Below, one piece after another: positions 27,363 to 41,332 of a stretch of 64,000 bases of DNA. Source of the DNA: Alphaproteobacteria bacterium. GTDB taxonomy: Bacteria > Pseudomonadota > Alphaproteobacteria > SMXQ01. The DNA is taken from positions 10,291 through 74,290 of the forward strand of contig DASTMO010000075.1 of NCBI GenBank assembly GCA_035714115.1, read 5' to 3'. Below the pieces are notes generated by a model, which saw only the letters and a program-made list of their open reading frames with translations, did no database searches and was not told the DNA's origin. Positions within the stretch are counted from its first letter, which is position 1; each line of letters starts with the position of its first letter. The position numbers and the translations under genes are program-made.

Positions 27363-28835
27363 TTGAAGCGGAGCGCCTCACTCGCCGCGCTGATGATCAG
27401 GGCGGCGGCCGTCTGCGCTCCCGCGCTCGCGCCCGCCGTCTTCGCCCCTCCCGTCTTCGCCCAATCCCGTCCTGCCGTCGCGCCGCCGCCGCCGTCGCGC
27501 GACGATGTCGTCGGTGATCGCCTGAAGGAGATCGAGCGCGCCCTGGCGGAAAGCCGCAAGCGCGACGCCAGCTTGCAGGAACAAGCCCAGACGCTGGCCG
27601 AAGAAGTGACGGAAATGCGCGCCGAGTTGATCAAGGCGGCGCGTACGGCGCAGGGCCATGAGCAGGCGCTGTCGGAAATTGCGCAGACCTTGTCCGCCCT
27701 CAACGGCGAAGAACGCGAAAAGTCCGAGGCGCTGGTCGGCAAGCGCGAGAAGCTCGGCGAGCTGCTGGCCGCGCTGGAACGTTTGGCCCGCCTGCCGCCT
27801 GAAGCGATGATCGCCTTGCCCGCCGCGCCGACCGACACGTTGCGCAGCGCTATCCTGCTGCAGAACGCCGTGCCCGAACTGGAAAAGCAGGCCAACGCCC
27901 TGCGCGGCGAGATCCGCCAGCTCGCCGACCTGCGCCAGGAGATCAACCAACGCCGGCGCGATCAGGAAGCGCAAGCCAAAGCGCTCGGCACCGAGCGCGC
28001 GCGGCTCGGCCAGCTGCTCGCCAAGAAAGCTTCGATGGAGACGCAGACGCGCGCCGAGCGCGAGCGCGCCGCCGCCTCCGCTAAGAAGCTGGCCGAGGAA
28101 GCCGGCGACTTGCGCGATCTGCTCGCGCGCATCGAGGCCGAACGCAAAGCCCGCATCGAAGCCGAGCGCAAGGCGGCCGAAGAGCGCGCCCGCGCCGAAG
28201 CCGCCGCGCGGGCCAAAGCCGAGGCGCTCGCCAAAGCCCAAGCGGAAGCCCGCGCTAAGGCGCAGGCCGAAGCCGCCGCCCGCGCCCGCGCGCAAGGCCA
28301 GCCGGAACCGCCGCCGCCCCCCGAACCTGCCGCCCCGCCCCCGGCGGTCGCCGCCAAGCCGCCCGCTTCAACTTCCCGCGAGGTCGCGGCGCTCTCCACC
28401 CTGCGTCCCGGCCGCCCCTTCGCCCAGGCCCACGGCAGCCTCGCCTTCCCGGCTCAAGGGCGAGTGGTCATCGGCTTCGGCGAACGCGATGGATCGACGG
28501 AGACGCGCGGCCTGACGATCCAGACCCTGCCCGGCGCCCAGGTGGTCGCGCCCTATGACGGCCAGGTCGTTTTCGCCGGCCCCTTCCGCGATTATGGGCT
28601 GCTCTTGATCATCGAGCATGGCGGGGGATACCATAGTCTTTTAGCGGGGTTGGAGCGCATCGACAGCGCCGTCAACCAGACGTTGCTGGCAGGCGAGCCG
28701 GTTGGCGTCATGGCCCGGCCGGGCGACGGGAACCCGCGGCTCTACATGGAGCTGCGGCAGAACAACCGGCCGGTCAATCCCCTCCCGTGGCTCGCCGCCC
28801 CGACTCGCACACTCACTGGTAAGGTTAGCGGATGA
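27363..28835 (+). CDS. envC: Murein hydrolase activator EnvC-like protein (coiled coil plus M23/LytM peptidase domain)
   Basis: Signal peptide, long coiled coil with ERKA/AEAR repeats, Pro-rich linker, and a C-terminal LytM domain (GLLLIIEHGGGYHSLLAG). Confidence 0.8.
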   Translation: MKRSASLAALMIRAAAVCAPALAPAVFAPPVFAQSRPAVAPPPPSRDDVVGDRLKEIERALAESRKRDASLQEQAQTLAEEVTEMRAELIKAARTAQGHEQALSEIAQTLSALNGEEREKSEALVGKREKLGELLAALERLARLPPEAMIALPAAPTDTLRSAILLQNAVPELEKQANALRGEIRQLADLRQEINQRRRDQEAQAKALGTERARLGQLLAKKASMETQTRAERERAAASAKKLAEEAGDLRDLLARIEAERKARIEAERKAAEERARAEAAARAKAEALAKAQAEARAKAQAEAAARARAQGQPEPPPPPEPAAPPPAVAAKPPASTSREVAALSTLRPGRPFAQAHGSLAFPAQGRVVIGFGERDGSTETRGLTIQTLPGAQVVAPYDGQVVFAGPFRDYGLLLIIEHGGGYHSLLAGLERIDSAVNQTLLAGEPVGVMARPGDGNPRLYMELRQNNRPVNPLPWLAAPTRTLTGKVSG

Positions 28836-30187
28836 AAACGAAGTACATGGTTGCGGCTCTGCTCTCCGCCGCGGCGACCGGCGCGCTCCTCAACGGTCCG
28901 CTGCCCTTCGTCGGCAGCGCCGACGCGCAATCGCAGCGCGGTTCGGGTTCGGCCAACGCGCCGGCCAAGAACGCTGACACTTACCAGCAGCTCAACCTTT
29001 TCGGTGAAGTCTTCGAGCGCGTGCGCTCGGATTACGTCGAGCAGACCAACGACAAGGATCTCATCGAGAACGCGCTCAACGGCATGTTGACCGCGCTCGA
29101 TCCGCATTCGAGCTACCTGAACGAGAAGAGCTACCGCGACATGCAGGTGCAGACGCGCGGCGAGTTCGGCGGCCTCGGCATCGAAGTGACGCAGGAGAAC
29201 GGCCTGGTGAAGGTCGTCTCGCCGATCGACGACACGCCGGCCGCGCGCGCCGGCCTGCAGCCCAACGACCTGATCGTCGCGCTCGACGGCGAGCAGGTGC
29301 AGGGGCTCACGCTGCAGGAAGCGGTCGAGAAGATGCGCGGCCCGGTCAACAGCTCGATCAAGATCACCATCCGCCGCGGCACCCGCGAGCCGTTCGACGT
29401 GACGCTACAGCGCGCCGTAATCACCGTGCAGTCGGTGCGCTCGCGCATGGAAGGCGAAGACATCGGCTATGTCCGCATCACCTCGTTCAGCGAGCAGACC
29501 AACAGCGGCCTGACCAAGGCCGTCGAGAAGCTGCAGCAGGACAGCAAGGGCAAGATGCGCGCCCTGGTGCTCGACCTGCGCAACAATCCGGGCGGCCTGT
29601 TGGATCAGGCGGTCGCGGTGTCCGACAGCTTCCTCGAGAAGGGCGAGATCGTCTCGACGCGCACGCGCCGCGCCGATGACGCTCAGCGCTTCAACGCGCG
29701 CCCCGGCGACCTGATCAAAGGTCTGCCGCTCGTCGTGCTGATCAACTCCGGCTCCGCCTCGGCGTCGGAAATCGTCGCCGGCGCGCTGCAGGACCAGCGC
29801 CGCGCCATCATCATGGGCACCAAGTCGTTCGGCAAAGGCTCGGTGCAGACCATCATTCCGCTGCCCGGCCACGGCGCCATGCGCCTGACCACGGCGCGCT
29901 ACTACACGCCGTCGGGCCGCTCGATTCAGGCGCTCGGCATCGAGCCGGACATCCAGGTCGAGCAGCTGCGCCTCGAGGCGATCAGCGAGAACGGCCGTCA
30001 GCGCGAAGCCGACCTGCGCGGCGCGCTGCGCAACCCGAATGCCGCGCCGGGCGTGCCGGTCACGCCGACGCCGAACGGCAACGGCGAGAACGCCGCCGCT
30101 GTCGCCGCCGAGGTGCAGGACTATCAGCTGACCCGCGCCCTCGATGTGCTGCGCGGCATCGCGCTCTACAACAGCAAGCCGCAGTAA
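28832..30187 (+). CDS. ctpA: Carboxy-terminal processing protease (S41 family)
   Basis: PDZ domain plus the S41 catalytic region (NSGSASASEIVAGALQD...GTKSFGKGSVQ). ATGA overlaps the envC stop. Confidence 0.9.
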   Translation: MKTKYMVAALLSAAATGALLNGPLPFVGSADAQSQRGSGSANAPAKNADTYQQLNLFGEVFERVRSDYVEQTNDKDLIENALNGMLTALDPHSSYLNEKSYRDMQVQTRGEFGGLGIEVTQENGLVKVVSPIDDTPAARAGLQPNDLIVALDGEQVQGLTLQEAVEKMRGPVNSSIKITIRRGTREPFDVTLQRAVITVQSVRSRMEGEDIGYVRITSFSEQTNSGLTKAVEKLQQDSKGKMRALVLDLRNNPGGLLDQAVAVSDSFLEKGEIVSTRTRRADDAQRFNARPGDLIKGLPLVVLINSGSASASEIVAGALQDQRRAIIMGTKSFGKGSVQTIIPLPGHGAMRLTTARYYTPSGRSIQALGIEPDIQVEQLRLEAISENGRQREADLRGALRNPNAAPGVPVTPTPNGNGENAAAVAAEVQDYQLTRALDVLRGIALYNSKPQ

Positions 30188-30253
30188 TGTCGCCATGCGC
30201 CCCGCCGCCCCCAACGAAGACTGGGTGGGCGGTGGGGCGCGGCGAACGAACCG

Positions 30254-31480
30254 ATGACCGACGAGCCTGACTTCGACGCCCCCGCCACCGGGCGACGACC
30301 GCCGATTCGCCGTCGCGACGACATGACGCCGTCTCGCCCTTGGGGGCTTCTGTCGGCGCTGATCGTCGGCGGCCTGCTGCTGACCGGACTCATCGGCGTC
30401 GCGCTCTGGCTCAGCCTGAGCCCAAGCGCGCCCAAGGATGGGGCCGCTGTGCGCGTCGCCATAGCCCCGGCCGTTCCTGTTCCCGCCTCTCCCGCGCCCG
30501 TCGCGCCCGAGCCCCCGTCTGCTGCGGAAGCGCCTGCCGCGCAAGCGCCCGCCATAGAGGCGCCTGCCGAAGCCCCCCCGGCGCAGGAGGCGGCGCGTCC
30601 GCCTGAGCCCGCCATTCCCGCGCCGCCACCCTCCACTGCCATTCCGGAAACGCGCGTGCCGGTGCCGACCATCGAAGGCCTCGCCCCAGTGCCGGACAAC
30701 GCCTTGGTCGAGCGCACCGCTGAGGGGCCGCTGCCCAAGATCGGCGCCGACGGCCGCAAGCCCTGGCAGGTCTATGCCCGCCCATTCGATGCCGCCGACA
30801 AACGGCCGCGCATCGCCCTGATCATCAGCGGCCTCGGTCAATCCGCCGCCGCCACCGAAGCCGCGATCCAGCGCCTGCCGGGCGGCATCACGCTCGCCTA
30901 CACCGCCTATGCGCGCAATCTGCAGCAGTGGGTCGAGCTGTCGCGTGCCGCCGGCCATGAGGTGATGCTGAACCTGCCGATGGAACCTGTCGGCTATCCG
31001 GCCAACGATCCCGGCCCCTACACGCTGCTGACATCGCTGAGCGAGGCCGAGAACCGCGCCCGCCTCAATTGGCTGATGTCACGCATGACCGGCTATGTCG
31101 GCCTGGTCAACGTCATGGGCTCGCGCTTCACGGTGGAAGCCGGGCCGTTGCAGCCGGTGCTCGGCGATTTGAACAAACGCGGCCTGCTGTTCGTTGACTC
31201 GCGAGCCAGCCTTTCGAGCGTCGCCGGCAAGATGGCTGGCGACATGAAGCTGCCGCGCGCCCTTAACAACCGCTTCATCGACACCAAAGCGGCGCGCGAC
31301 GACATCGACCGCCAGCTCGAAGAGCTCGAGAAGACGGCGCGCAGCGAAGGCGTGGCGCTCGGCATCGGCGCGCCTTATCCGGTGACGATCGAGCGGGTGG
31401 CGCGCTGGGCGCTGGAGCTGAACGACAAAGGCATCGCGCTCGCGCCGGTCAGCGCCGTGGTGGATCGCCAGAAGAACTAA
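30254..31480 (+). CDS. Divergent polysaccharide deacetylase family protein (YibQ-like) with a Pro/Ala-rich N-terminal region and a TM helix
   Basis: The C-terminal half matches the divergent polysaccharide deacetylase fold (IALIISGLG...VMLNLPMEP...GLVNVMGSRF). It sits in the conserved envC-ctpA-yibQ order. Confidence 0.75.
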   Translation: MTDEPDFDAPATGRRPPIRRRDDMTPSRPWGLLSALIVGGLLLTGLIGVALWLSLSPSAPKDGAAVRVAIAPAVPVPASPAPVAPEPPSAAEAPAAQAPAIEAPAEAPPAQEAARPPEPAIPAPPPSTAIPETRVPVPTIEGLAPVPDNALVERTAEGPLPKIGADGRKPWQVYARPFDAADKRPRIALIISGLGQSAAATEAAIQRLPGGITLAYTAYARNLQQWVELSRAAGHEVMLNLPMEPVGYPANDPGPYTLLTSLSEAENRARLNWLMSRMTGYVGLVNVMGSRFTVEAGPLQPVLGDLNKRGLLFVDSRASLSSVAGKMAGDMKLPRALNNRFIDTKAARDDIDRQLEELEKTARSEGVALGIGAPYPVTIERVARWALELNDKGIALAPVSAVVDRQKN

Positions 31481-31499
31481 GAACGAGGGAGACGCTTAC

Positions 31500-32018
31500 G
31501 TGACCGCCGCGCCGCTGCCGCCCGAATTCGCCCATCTGCCCTATCGCCCTTGCGTTGGCATGATGCTGCTCAACGCGCGCGGCGAAGCCTTCGTGGCGCG
31601 CCGCATCGACATGCCGTCCGAAGCCTGGCAGATGCCGCAGGGCGGCATCGACGAAGGCGAAGCGCCCGAAGTGGCGGTGTTCCGCGAAATGCGCGAGGAG
31701 ATCGGCACGGACAAGGCCGAGATACTCGGCGAAAGCGCCACCTGGCACGATTACGATCTGCCGACCGAATTGCTCGGCAAGATTTGGGGCGGACGCTATC
31801 GCGGCCAGCGCCAGAAATGGTTCGTGCTGCGCTTTACGGGGCGCGACCGCGACATCAACATCCTGACCGAAGAGCCGGAATTCCTGGCCTGGAAATGGGC
31901 GCCGGTGAGCCAGCTGCCCGACCTAATCGTGCCGTTCAAGCGCGAGCTCTATCAGAAGATCGTCGGTGAATTCGCGCCCTATGCCGAGCGCCTCGCGGCC
32001 GAGACCGGCGCACGCTAG
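31500..32018 (+). CDS. rppH: RNA pyrophosphohydrolase (Nudix)
   Basis: YRPCVGMMLLN...Nudix box GGIDEGEAPEVAVFREMREEIG. GTG start. Confidence 0.85.
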   Translation: MTAAPLPPEFAHLPYRPCVGMMLLNARGEAFVARRIDMPSEAWQMPQGGIDEGEAPEVAVFREMREEIGTDKAEILGESATWHDYDLPTELLGKIWGGRYRGQRQKWFVLRFTGRDRDINILTEEPEFLAWKWAPVSQLPDLIVPFKRELYQKIVGEFAPYAERLAAETGAR

Positions 32019-32035
32019 AGCATCTAGGCAAAAGA

Positions 32036-32070
32036 AAAGGCCCGCTGAAACGAGCGGGCCTTTGTTCGTT
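32036..32070. terminator. Bidirectional rho-independent terminator between the convergent rppH and ferritin-like genes
   Basis: ggcccgctgaaacgagcgggcc stem with T-runs on both strands. Confidence 0.75.
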
Positions 32071-32084
32071 CAGCGCTGCGCACT

Positions 32085-32897
32085 TTAAGCGGCGGCGGCC
32101 AGCTTCTTCTGGCGATAGGCGACGAAGCGCCAAGCCACCGTACCCACGCAACGGCTGAGCCAGCCGTTCGGCTTGAAGCCGGCGGCCTTCAGCGTCATCG
32201 AGACGGCGCGCTCGATGGTGTTCGGCTGATAGAAGCGCATGGCGCGGCGCATATATTCGCGCGCGTATTTCTCGCGATCGTAGGTCTCGCCTTTGCCATT
32301 GGCGGCGTAATAGGCGTAGGCCAGCTCGTCGTCTTCCGTTTCGACCATGCGGCTGAGCGCGATTTTGAGGCGCTGCCACTGGTTCATCTCCTCGCGCGCC
32401 AAGTAGTCGCGCAGGTGCGTGTAGAACAGCTTGTAGTGGCGCAGCTCGTCCGCCGCGATGCGCTGGCAGATGGCTTTCAGCACCGGCTCGTCGGTCGCCG
32501 CGCCGAGCGAGGCGTAATAGCTGCTGGTGCCGACCTCGACGATGCAGCGCGCCACCAGCTCGCCGGCGCGCGAGCCGCGCACCGACTTGGTGGCGTCGAG
32601 CGGCAGCTTATAGCCGTCGGTGAAGGCTTTGAACGAGGTCGGGAAATCGAACGAAGCGTCGGCCATCTCGGCCCAGCGGCCGAGCACGTCGCCATGCTGG
32701 ACCTCTTCTTCGGCCCAATGGCGCGCGACATCCTGGAATTCCGGATCGTCAGAGAAGACGTTGCAGAGATAGAGGGCGTAATCGTCGCCGTTCTTCTCCA
32801 CCATGCTGGCGGCTTTGACGATCTTGAGGATGTCCGGATCCACCTTCGACGGATCGAAGCGGTCCCAGGGAATATCGTCGGCTGTCCAATGTTTCAT
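32085..32897 (-). CDS. Ferritin-like diiron-carboxylate domain protein (function unknown)
   Basis: Two E-x-x-H motifs (EEEVQHGD and ADELRHYKLF) in a ~270-aa helical protein. Confidence 0.6.
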   Translation of the reverse strand: MKHWTADDIPWDRFDPSKVDPDILKIVKAASMVEKNGDDYALYLCNVFSDDPEFQDVARHWAEEEVQHGDVLGRWAEMADASFDFPTSFKAFTDGYKLPLDATKSVRGSRAGELVARCIVEVGTSSYYASLGAATDEPVLKAICQRIAADELRHYKLFYTHLRDYLAREEMNQWQRLKIALSRMVETEDDELAYAYYAANGKGETYDREKYAREYMRRAMRFYQPNTIERAVSMTLKAAGFKPNGWLSRCVGTVAWRFVAYRQKKLAAAA

Positions 32898-32977
32898 GGC
32901 GGTCGTCGATTCCTACGCGGGTTCCAAGACAGGCTGTCACAAAATTATAGGAACAGCCCGCTCGCCTTGCCAGGGCG

Positions 32978-33022
32978 AAAATACGAATAAAACCAAGGCC
33001 TACGACGGGAGTCGTAGGCCTT
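32978..33022 (-). terminator. Rho-independent terminator after atpC
   Basis: Perfect 12-bp stem aaggcctacgac/gtcgtaggcctt, followed on the minus strand by GGTTTTATTCGTATTTT. Confidence 0.75.
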
Positions 33023-33065
33023 GATGAACGGTATCCGTGCGGAAGAGTTCCGCGAACGACGAGTT

Positions 33066-33488
33066 TTAAGCGGCAACCGCCGCGATCATGGCCTCGGCCA
33101 CGGCGACATCCTTGAGGGCGCGGGCCTTGGCAATTTCGTCGGCGCCGGCTTCCGTCACGCGGGCCTGGGCCGCGGCGAGGCGGGCCTGGGCGTCGGCGGC
33201 GGTCAGGTCGGCGAGCGGCGCAGCCTGCTCGGCGAGCACCGTGCAGCGCGTCTCGGTCACTTCGGCGACGCCGCCGGCGACGAAGATGCGCTGGGTGATC
33301 GACTTGGGCTCGATGCTGCCGTCGTAGATGTCGATGATGCCGGCGCGCACGGTGGCGATCAACGGCGCATGGCCCGGCAGCACGCCGAAGTCGCCTTCGG
33401 TGCCGGGGACGACGACCATGTCGACGTCCGCCGAGACCAGCAGGCGCTCGGGAGCAACCAGTTCGAAAGTGACTTTGCCGTCCGCCAT
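33066..33488 (-). CDS. atpC: ATP synthase F1 epsilon subunit
   Basis: MADGKVTFELVAPERLL... Confidence 0.9.
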   Translation of the reverse strand: MADGKVTFELVAPERLLVSADVDMVVVPGTEGDFGVLPGHAPLIATVRAGIIDIYDGSIEPKSITQRIFVAGGVAEVTETRCTVLAEQAAPLADLTAADAQARLAAAQARVTEAGADEIAKARALKDVAVAEAMIAAVAA

Positions 33489-33515
33489 CGTGATCGTCCT
33501 ACGCTTGCGAGTGCC

Positions 33516-35003
<1,488 letters not shown>

Positions 35004-35903
35004 TTAGACGGCTTCAGCGCCCGAGACGATTTCGATCATCTCGCGGGTGATGACGGCCTGACGCGTACGGTTGTAGTTGAGCGTGAGCTTGTTGATCATT
35101 TCGCCAGCGTTGCGCGTCGCGTTGTCCATCGCGGCCATGCGCGCGCCCTGCTCGCCGGCGAAGCTTTCCAGCATCGCGCGGAACACCTGCACCGCGAGAT
35201 TGCGCGGCAGCAGATCGGCGAGAATCTCGGTTTCGTCCGGCTCGAATTCGTAGATCGCCGGCACGCCGGCGCTGGTCGGCGCGGTCTCGGCGACGACGGG
35301 CGCGGCCGGAACCGGGAACGGGATCAGCTGCTGAACGGTCAGCTCCTGCGTGATCGCCGACTTGAAGCGGTTGTAGACCAGCGAGGCGACGTCGAATTCG
35401 CCGGCGGCATACATGTCGGCGAGCAGCGCGGCGATGTCCGCGCCTTCTTCGAAGCGCAGCTTCGGCTTGCCGATGCCGTCGACCGACTTGAACATGATCG
35501 GGCCGAACTCGCCCTTGAGCTGATCGCGGCCCTTGCGGCCGAGGGTCAGCACTTTCACGGTCTTGCCGGCGGCGAGCAATTTACGGATGTGAGCGCGCGC
35601 GCCGCGCACGATCGAGCCGTTGAAGCCGCCGCAGAGGCCGCGGTCGGAGGTCAGCACGACGACGAGATGCACGTCGTCCTTGCCGGTGCCCGAGAGCAGC
35701 GCCGGCGCGCCCGAAGACGTGCCGATGGCCGCCGCCAGCGAGCCCAACATGCGCTCCATGCGCTGGGCGTAGGGGCGGGCCGCTTCGGCCTGCTCCTGCG
35801 CGCGGCGCAGCTTCGACGCCGCCACCATCTTCATGGCGGAGGTGATCTTGCGCGTGTTCTTCACGCTGTTGATGCGGACTCGCAGGTCCTTAAGGCTGGG
35901 CAT
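35004..35903 (-). CDS. atpG: ATP synthase F1 gamma subunit
   Basis: [36 protein letters not shown]. Confidence 0.95.
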   Translation of the reverse strand: MPSLKDLRVRINSVKNTRKITSAMKMVAASKLRRAQEQAEAARPYAQRMERMLGSLAAAIGTSSGAPALLSGTGKDDVHLVVVLTSDRGLCGGFNGSIVRGARAHIRKLLAAGKTVKVLTLGRKGRDQLKGEFGPIMFKSVDGIGKPKLRFEEGADIAALLADMYAAGEFDVASLVYNRFKSAITQELTVQQLIPFPVPAAPVVAETAPTSAGVPAIYEFEPDETEILADLLPRNLAVQVFRAMLESFAGEQGARMAAMDNATRNAGEMINKLTLNYNRTRQAVITREMIEIVSGAEAV

Positions 35904-35927
35904 CGGCTTGCGCTCGGCGTCCGGTGA

Positions 35928-37456
<1,529 letters not shown>

Positions 37457-37457
<1 letters not shown>

Positions 37458-38017
37458 TACCCGATCCCTTTCATGGCGAGCTGAAGCTTCTGGAGTTTGG
37501 TACGCAGCGACGAATCGACCATGCGCGAACCGACGCGCACGACGAGGCCGCCAAGCAGGCTGGAATCCACCTTGGTCTCGACCGCGACCTTCACGCCCAT
37601 CGACTGACGGAGCGCCTCTTCGACGGCCTTACGCTGGCTGTCGTTGAGCGGGGTGGCGGAGGTGACCTCGGCGGTCATTTCGCCGCGGCTGTCGGACAGC
37701 CGGGCGAGAAATTCGGAGATGACGCCGTCGATCGCGAAGAGACGGCGGTTCTGGGCCATGACGCCCAGGGTGTTGCGGGTCAAAGCGCTGAACTTGGCGG
37801 CGTCGGCCAGGGCGACGACCGCTTTCGCCTGCTCGTCGCGGCCGATGATCGGCGAGACGATGAGGCGGTTGAGATCGGCGCTCTCGGCCTTCATCTGGCG
37901 CAGCGCGCGCAGATCGCCGGCGACCGCATCGAGCGCCTTTTCGCGCTCGGCGAGCTCGAACAATGCGGTGGCATAGCGCCCGGCGATGCCGGTTGCGCCT
38001 GTGGACTTGGAAGGCAC
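37457..38017 (-). CDS. atpH: ATP synthase F1 delta subunit (OSCP)
   Basis: OSCP-family sequence. TAATG overlap with atpA. Confidence 0.9.
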
Positions 38018-38287
38018 CTGGGAAAAGCTCCCGAAATGGGCCGATGGTCATCACCGGCGGGATGTCTGGCCCGGAGAACGGGGAATTCGGGGCGCGCAGA
38101 AGCTTTGCGCGGGCCGCCGAGGAGCCCCCCGTTTGGGCGTGCGTTAGCTACCATAGGGTTTGCGCCGTTGCAACCGCGCGAAGCCGGCTTTCGCGTGACT
38201 CTCAAGCATCGGGAATGGCTATGAAAATTCGCGCCGCGCCGAGGCCCGAAAAGGCCCGATCCGGCCCCGAAATGCGGACTTAGCAGG

Positions 38288-40534
38288 TCAGAAAAAGCTG
38301 TAGGGGTCCATGTCGACCTGAACCCGCACATTGGCCGGCTCAGGGACCGCCGCCAGCCAGCGCCGGATGGCGCTTTGCAGGGCGAATTTCTTGGGCGCGC
38401 GCAGCAAAAATCGCCGCCGATGGCGGCCGCGCAGCAGGCTAAGGGGGGCCGGGGCCGGCCCCAGAACCCGAAGGGCCGGATCGGCGGGCGCGGCGCGGGC
38501 CAATTTGCGGGCATGGGCGTCCACCGCCCCGGCGTCCGGGCCGGACAGGATCAGCGCCGCCAGCCGGCCATAGGGCGGCATGCCCGCCGCCTCGCGCGAA
38601 TCGGCCTCCGCCGCCATGAAGGCGTCGCGCGCGCCCCGGGCGAGCGCCTGCATCACCGGATGTTCCGGGGCGTAGGTCTGCAAGCAGACATGGCCAGGCT
38701 TGCCGGCGCGCCCGGCGCGCCCGGCCACCTGGGTCAAAAGCTGGAAGGTGCGTTCGCCGGCCCTGAGATCGCCGCCGGCCAGGCCGAGATCGGCATCGAC
38801 CACCCCGACCAGGGTCAGGCCGGGGAAATGGTGGCCCTTGGCCACCACCTGGGTGCCGATCAAAAGGTCGATCTCATGGTCCGTCACCTGACGCACCAAT
38901 TCCTCGGCGGCATGCGGCGTGGTCAGGGTGTCGCTCGCCATCACCGCGCGGCGCGCGTCCGGGAACAATTGCGCCGCCTCTTCGGCAAGGCGTTCGACGC
39001 CCGGTCCGCAGGCGGCCCAGCTGTTCTTGTCCTGGCAGGATGGGCAAACCTCCGGCAGCTTCATCGTGTGGCCGCAATGGTGGCATTCGAGCCGCGCGCG
39101 TCCGCGATGCTCGACCATCCAGGCGGTGCAGTTCGGGCATTGGATGCGATAGCCGCAGGTACGGCAGAGCGTGAGCGGCGCATAGCCGCGCCGGTTGAGG
39201 AACAGCATCGCCTGGCCGCCGGCCGCTAGCGTATCGGCGAGACGCTTGTGCAGGATCGGCGAGAGCCATTGGCCGCGCGGCGGCGGATCCTTGCGCAAAT
39301 CCACCAGCTCGACGTCGGGCAGGCTTGCGCCGCCGTGGCGATCGGCGAGATGCAGATGGGCATAGCGCCCGCCCTGCGCGTTCACCAATGTTTCGAGCGA
39401 CGGCGTGGCGGAGACCAGCACGACCGGAATCTCGCCTAAGTGCGCGCGCACCACCGCCATGTCGCGCGCCGAATAGAGCACGCCTTCTTCCTGCTTGAAG
39501 GAGCCGTCATGCTCTTCGTCGATGATGATGACGCCGAGATCCTGGAACGGCAGGAACAGAGCCGAGCGCGCGCCGACGACGACGCGCGCCGATCCGTCGG
39601 CCACGCCGCGCCAGGTCGCGCGCCGCCGTGCCGGCGTCACTTCCGAATGCCAGATCGCCGGCGCGGCGCCGAAGCGCGCCTTGAAGCGCGCGAACCATTG
39701 CGCCGAAAGGGCGATTTCCGGCAGCAAAACCAGGGCTTGTTTGCCCTCTTCCAGCGCCGCGGCGATGGCCTCGAAATAGACCTCGGTCTTGCCCGAGCCG
39801 GTGACGCCGTCGAGCAGAGTCGCGCTGTAGGCGTTCGCCTTGGTCTTCTCGATCAAGTCGCGCGCCACTTCGGCCTGATCGGGCGACAGCACCGGGCGCG
39901 GCAGCGACAAATCCGGCGCATCAAACGGCGACGGCTGCGACAGCGCCACCGCTTCGAGCGCGCCCGCCGCGACGAGGCCGTGGATCACGGAAGTGCCGAC
40001 GCCCGCTTCGCGCGCCAATTCGCTCGCTACGCGCGGCGGGCCATCGGCCAGCACCTTCATCACGCGGCCACGCGCCGGAGTGAGGCGCAGATCGGCGTCG
40101 TTCCAGCTATCCACAGGTTTGTATGCGGTGACCGGCGTCGGCGCGTCGAGCGCGTCGGGCACGCTGATGACCATTTTGAGCACGGCGCCCGGCGGAGTCA
40201 GCGTATAGCTCGCCACCCAATCGACGAACTTGCGCTGCACATCCGACAGCGGCGCGGCGGGCAGGACGCCGATCACTTCCTTCAACTTTGCGAGAGGGAC
40301 GTCCTCGCCATCGGCTTCGTCGCGATCCCACACCACGCCGATGCGCTCTTTCTTGCCGAGCGGCACGGCAACGACGGCGCCCGGGACCAGCTCCGCCGCG
40401 ATGTCCTCGGGCGCGAGATAATCGTACGGCCCGGCCAGGGGCAAGGGCAGCAAGACGCTGACGCGCTTGCGCTTGTCCGGCGCGGCGGCAACGGCCTGCG
40501 GGCTGGCCTGAAAACTGGTGCGGGAGGCGGGCAT
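38288..40534 (-). CDS. priA: Primosomal protein N' (replication restart helicase PriA)
   Basis: Walker A GVTGSGKT, DEAH-like DEEHD, Cys4 zinc-binding motifs (CRTCGYRIQCPNC...CHHCGH...CPSC). The start is Met at 40532-40534. The track ORF is artifactually extended upstream. Confidence 0.9.
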   Translation of the reverse strand: MPASRTSFQASPQAVAAAPDKRKRVSVLLPLPLAGPYDYLAPEDIAAELVPGAVVAVPLGKKERIGVVWDRDEADGEDVPLAKLKEVIGVLPAAPLSDVQRKFVDWVASYTLTPPGAVLKMVISVPDALDAPTPVTAYKPVDSWNDADLRLTPARGRVMKVLADGPPRVASELAREAGVGTSVIHGLVAAGALEAVALSQPSPFDAPDLSLPRPVLSPDQAEVARDLIEKTKANAYSATLLDGVTGSGKTEVYFEAIAAALEEGKQALVLLPEIALSAQWFARFKARFGAAPAIWHSEVTPARRRATWRGVADGSARVVVGARSALFLPFQDLGVIIIDEEHDGSFKQEEGVLYSARDMAVVRAHLGEIPVVLVSATPSLETLVNAQGGRYAHLHLADRHGGASLPDVELVDLRKDPPPRGQWLSPILHKRLADTLAAGGQAMLFLNRRGYAPLTLCRTCGYRIQCPNCTAWMVEHRGRARLECHHCGHTMKLPEVCPSCQDKNSWAACGPGVERLAEEAAQLFPDARRAVMASDTLTTPHAAEELVRQVTDHEIDLLIGTQVVAKGHHFPGLTLVGVVDADLGLAGGDLRAGERTFQLLTQVAGRAGRAGKPGHVCLQTYAPEHPVMQALARGARDAFMAAEADSREAAGMPPYGRLAALILSGPDAGAVDAHARKLARAAPADPALRVLGPAPAPLSLLRGRHRRRFLLRAPKKFALQSAIRRWLAAVPEPANVRVQVDMDPYSFF

Positions 40535-40642
40535 GGGATACACTCTAACCGCGCTTCGCGCCCGAAGCCACGACGCGGCCATGACGCCACGCGCCTGTTT
40601 CGCCCCGCCCGCATACACCCTCTTTTTCGAGCATAGCCCGCC

Positions 40643-41326
40643 ATGAAATTCTTCATCGACACCGCCGACACCAACGACATCCGCGAACTGGCGGCGACCG
40701 GCCTGCTTGACGGCGTGACGACCAATCCCTCGCTCATCGCCAAGAGCGGGCGCAATATGATCGAAGTGATCAAGGAGATCTGCGACATCGTTCCCGGCCC
40801 GGTGAGCGCCGAAGCGGTCTCGATGGATCACGCCACCATGCTCGCCGAAGGCCGCAAGCTCGCCGCCATCGCGCCGAACGTGACGGTGAAGGTGCCGTTG
40901 ACACCCGACGGGCTCAAGACCTGCAAGGTGCTGTCCGACGAGGGCCGCCAGGTCAACGTGACGCTCTGCTTCTCCGCCGGCCAGGCGATCCTCGCCGCCA
41001 AGGCGGGCGCGACCTATATCTCGCCCTTCATCGGCCGCCTCGACGACATCAGCATGGACGGCATGGAGCTGATTGCCGACATCTGCCACATCTACGAACA
41101 GTACCCTGACTTCAAGACCCAAGTGCTCGCCGCCTCGATCCGCCATCCGCTGCATCTGATCCAGGCCGCCAAGCTCGGCGCCCATGTCGCCACCCTGCCC
41201 GGCTCGGTCATCCGTCAGCTCTATCAGCATCCGCTGACCGACAAGGGTCTCGCCGCCTTCACCGCCGATTGGGCCAAGACCGGCCAGTCCATTCTCGGCG
41301 ATTCTAAGAAGTCGGCGGCGGAGTAA
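40643..41326 (+). CDS. tal: Transaldolase / fructose-6-phosphate aldolase family protein (short type 3B)
   Basis: [16 protein letters not shown]...Schiff-base Lys region TVKVPLT. 227 aa. Confidence 0.8.
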   Translation: MKFFIDTADTNDIRELAATGLLDGVTTNPSLIAKSGRNMIEVIKEICDIVPGPVSAEAVSMDHATMLAEGRKLAAIAPNVTVKVPLTPDGLKTCKVLSDEGRQVNVTLCFSAGQAILAAKAGATYISPFIGRLDDISMDGMELIADICHIYEQYPDFKTQVLAASIRHPLHLIQAAKLGAHVATLPGSVIRQLYQHPLTDKGLAAFTADWAKTGQSILGDSKKSAAE

Positions 41327-41332
41327 GTCGGC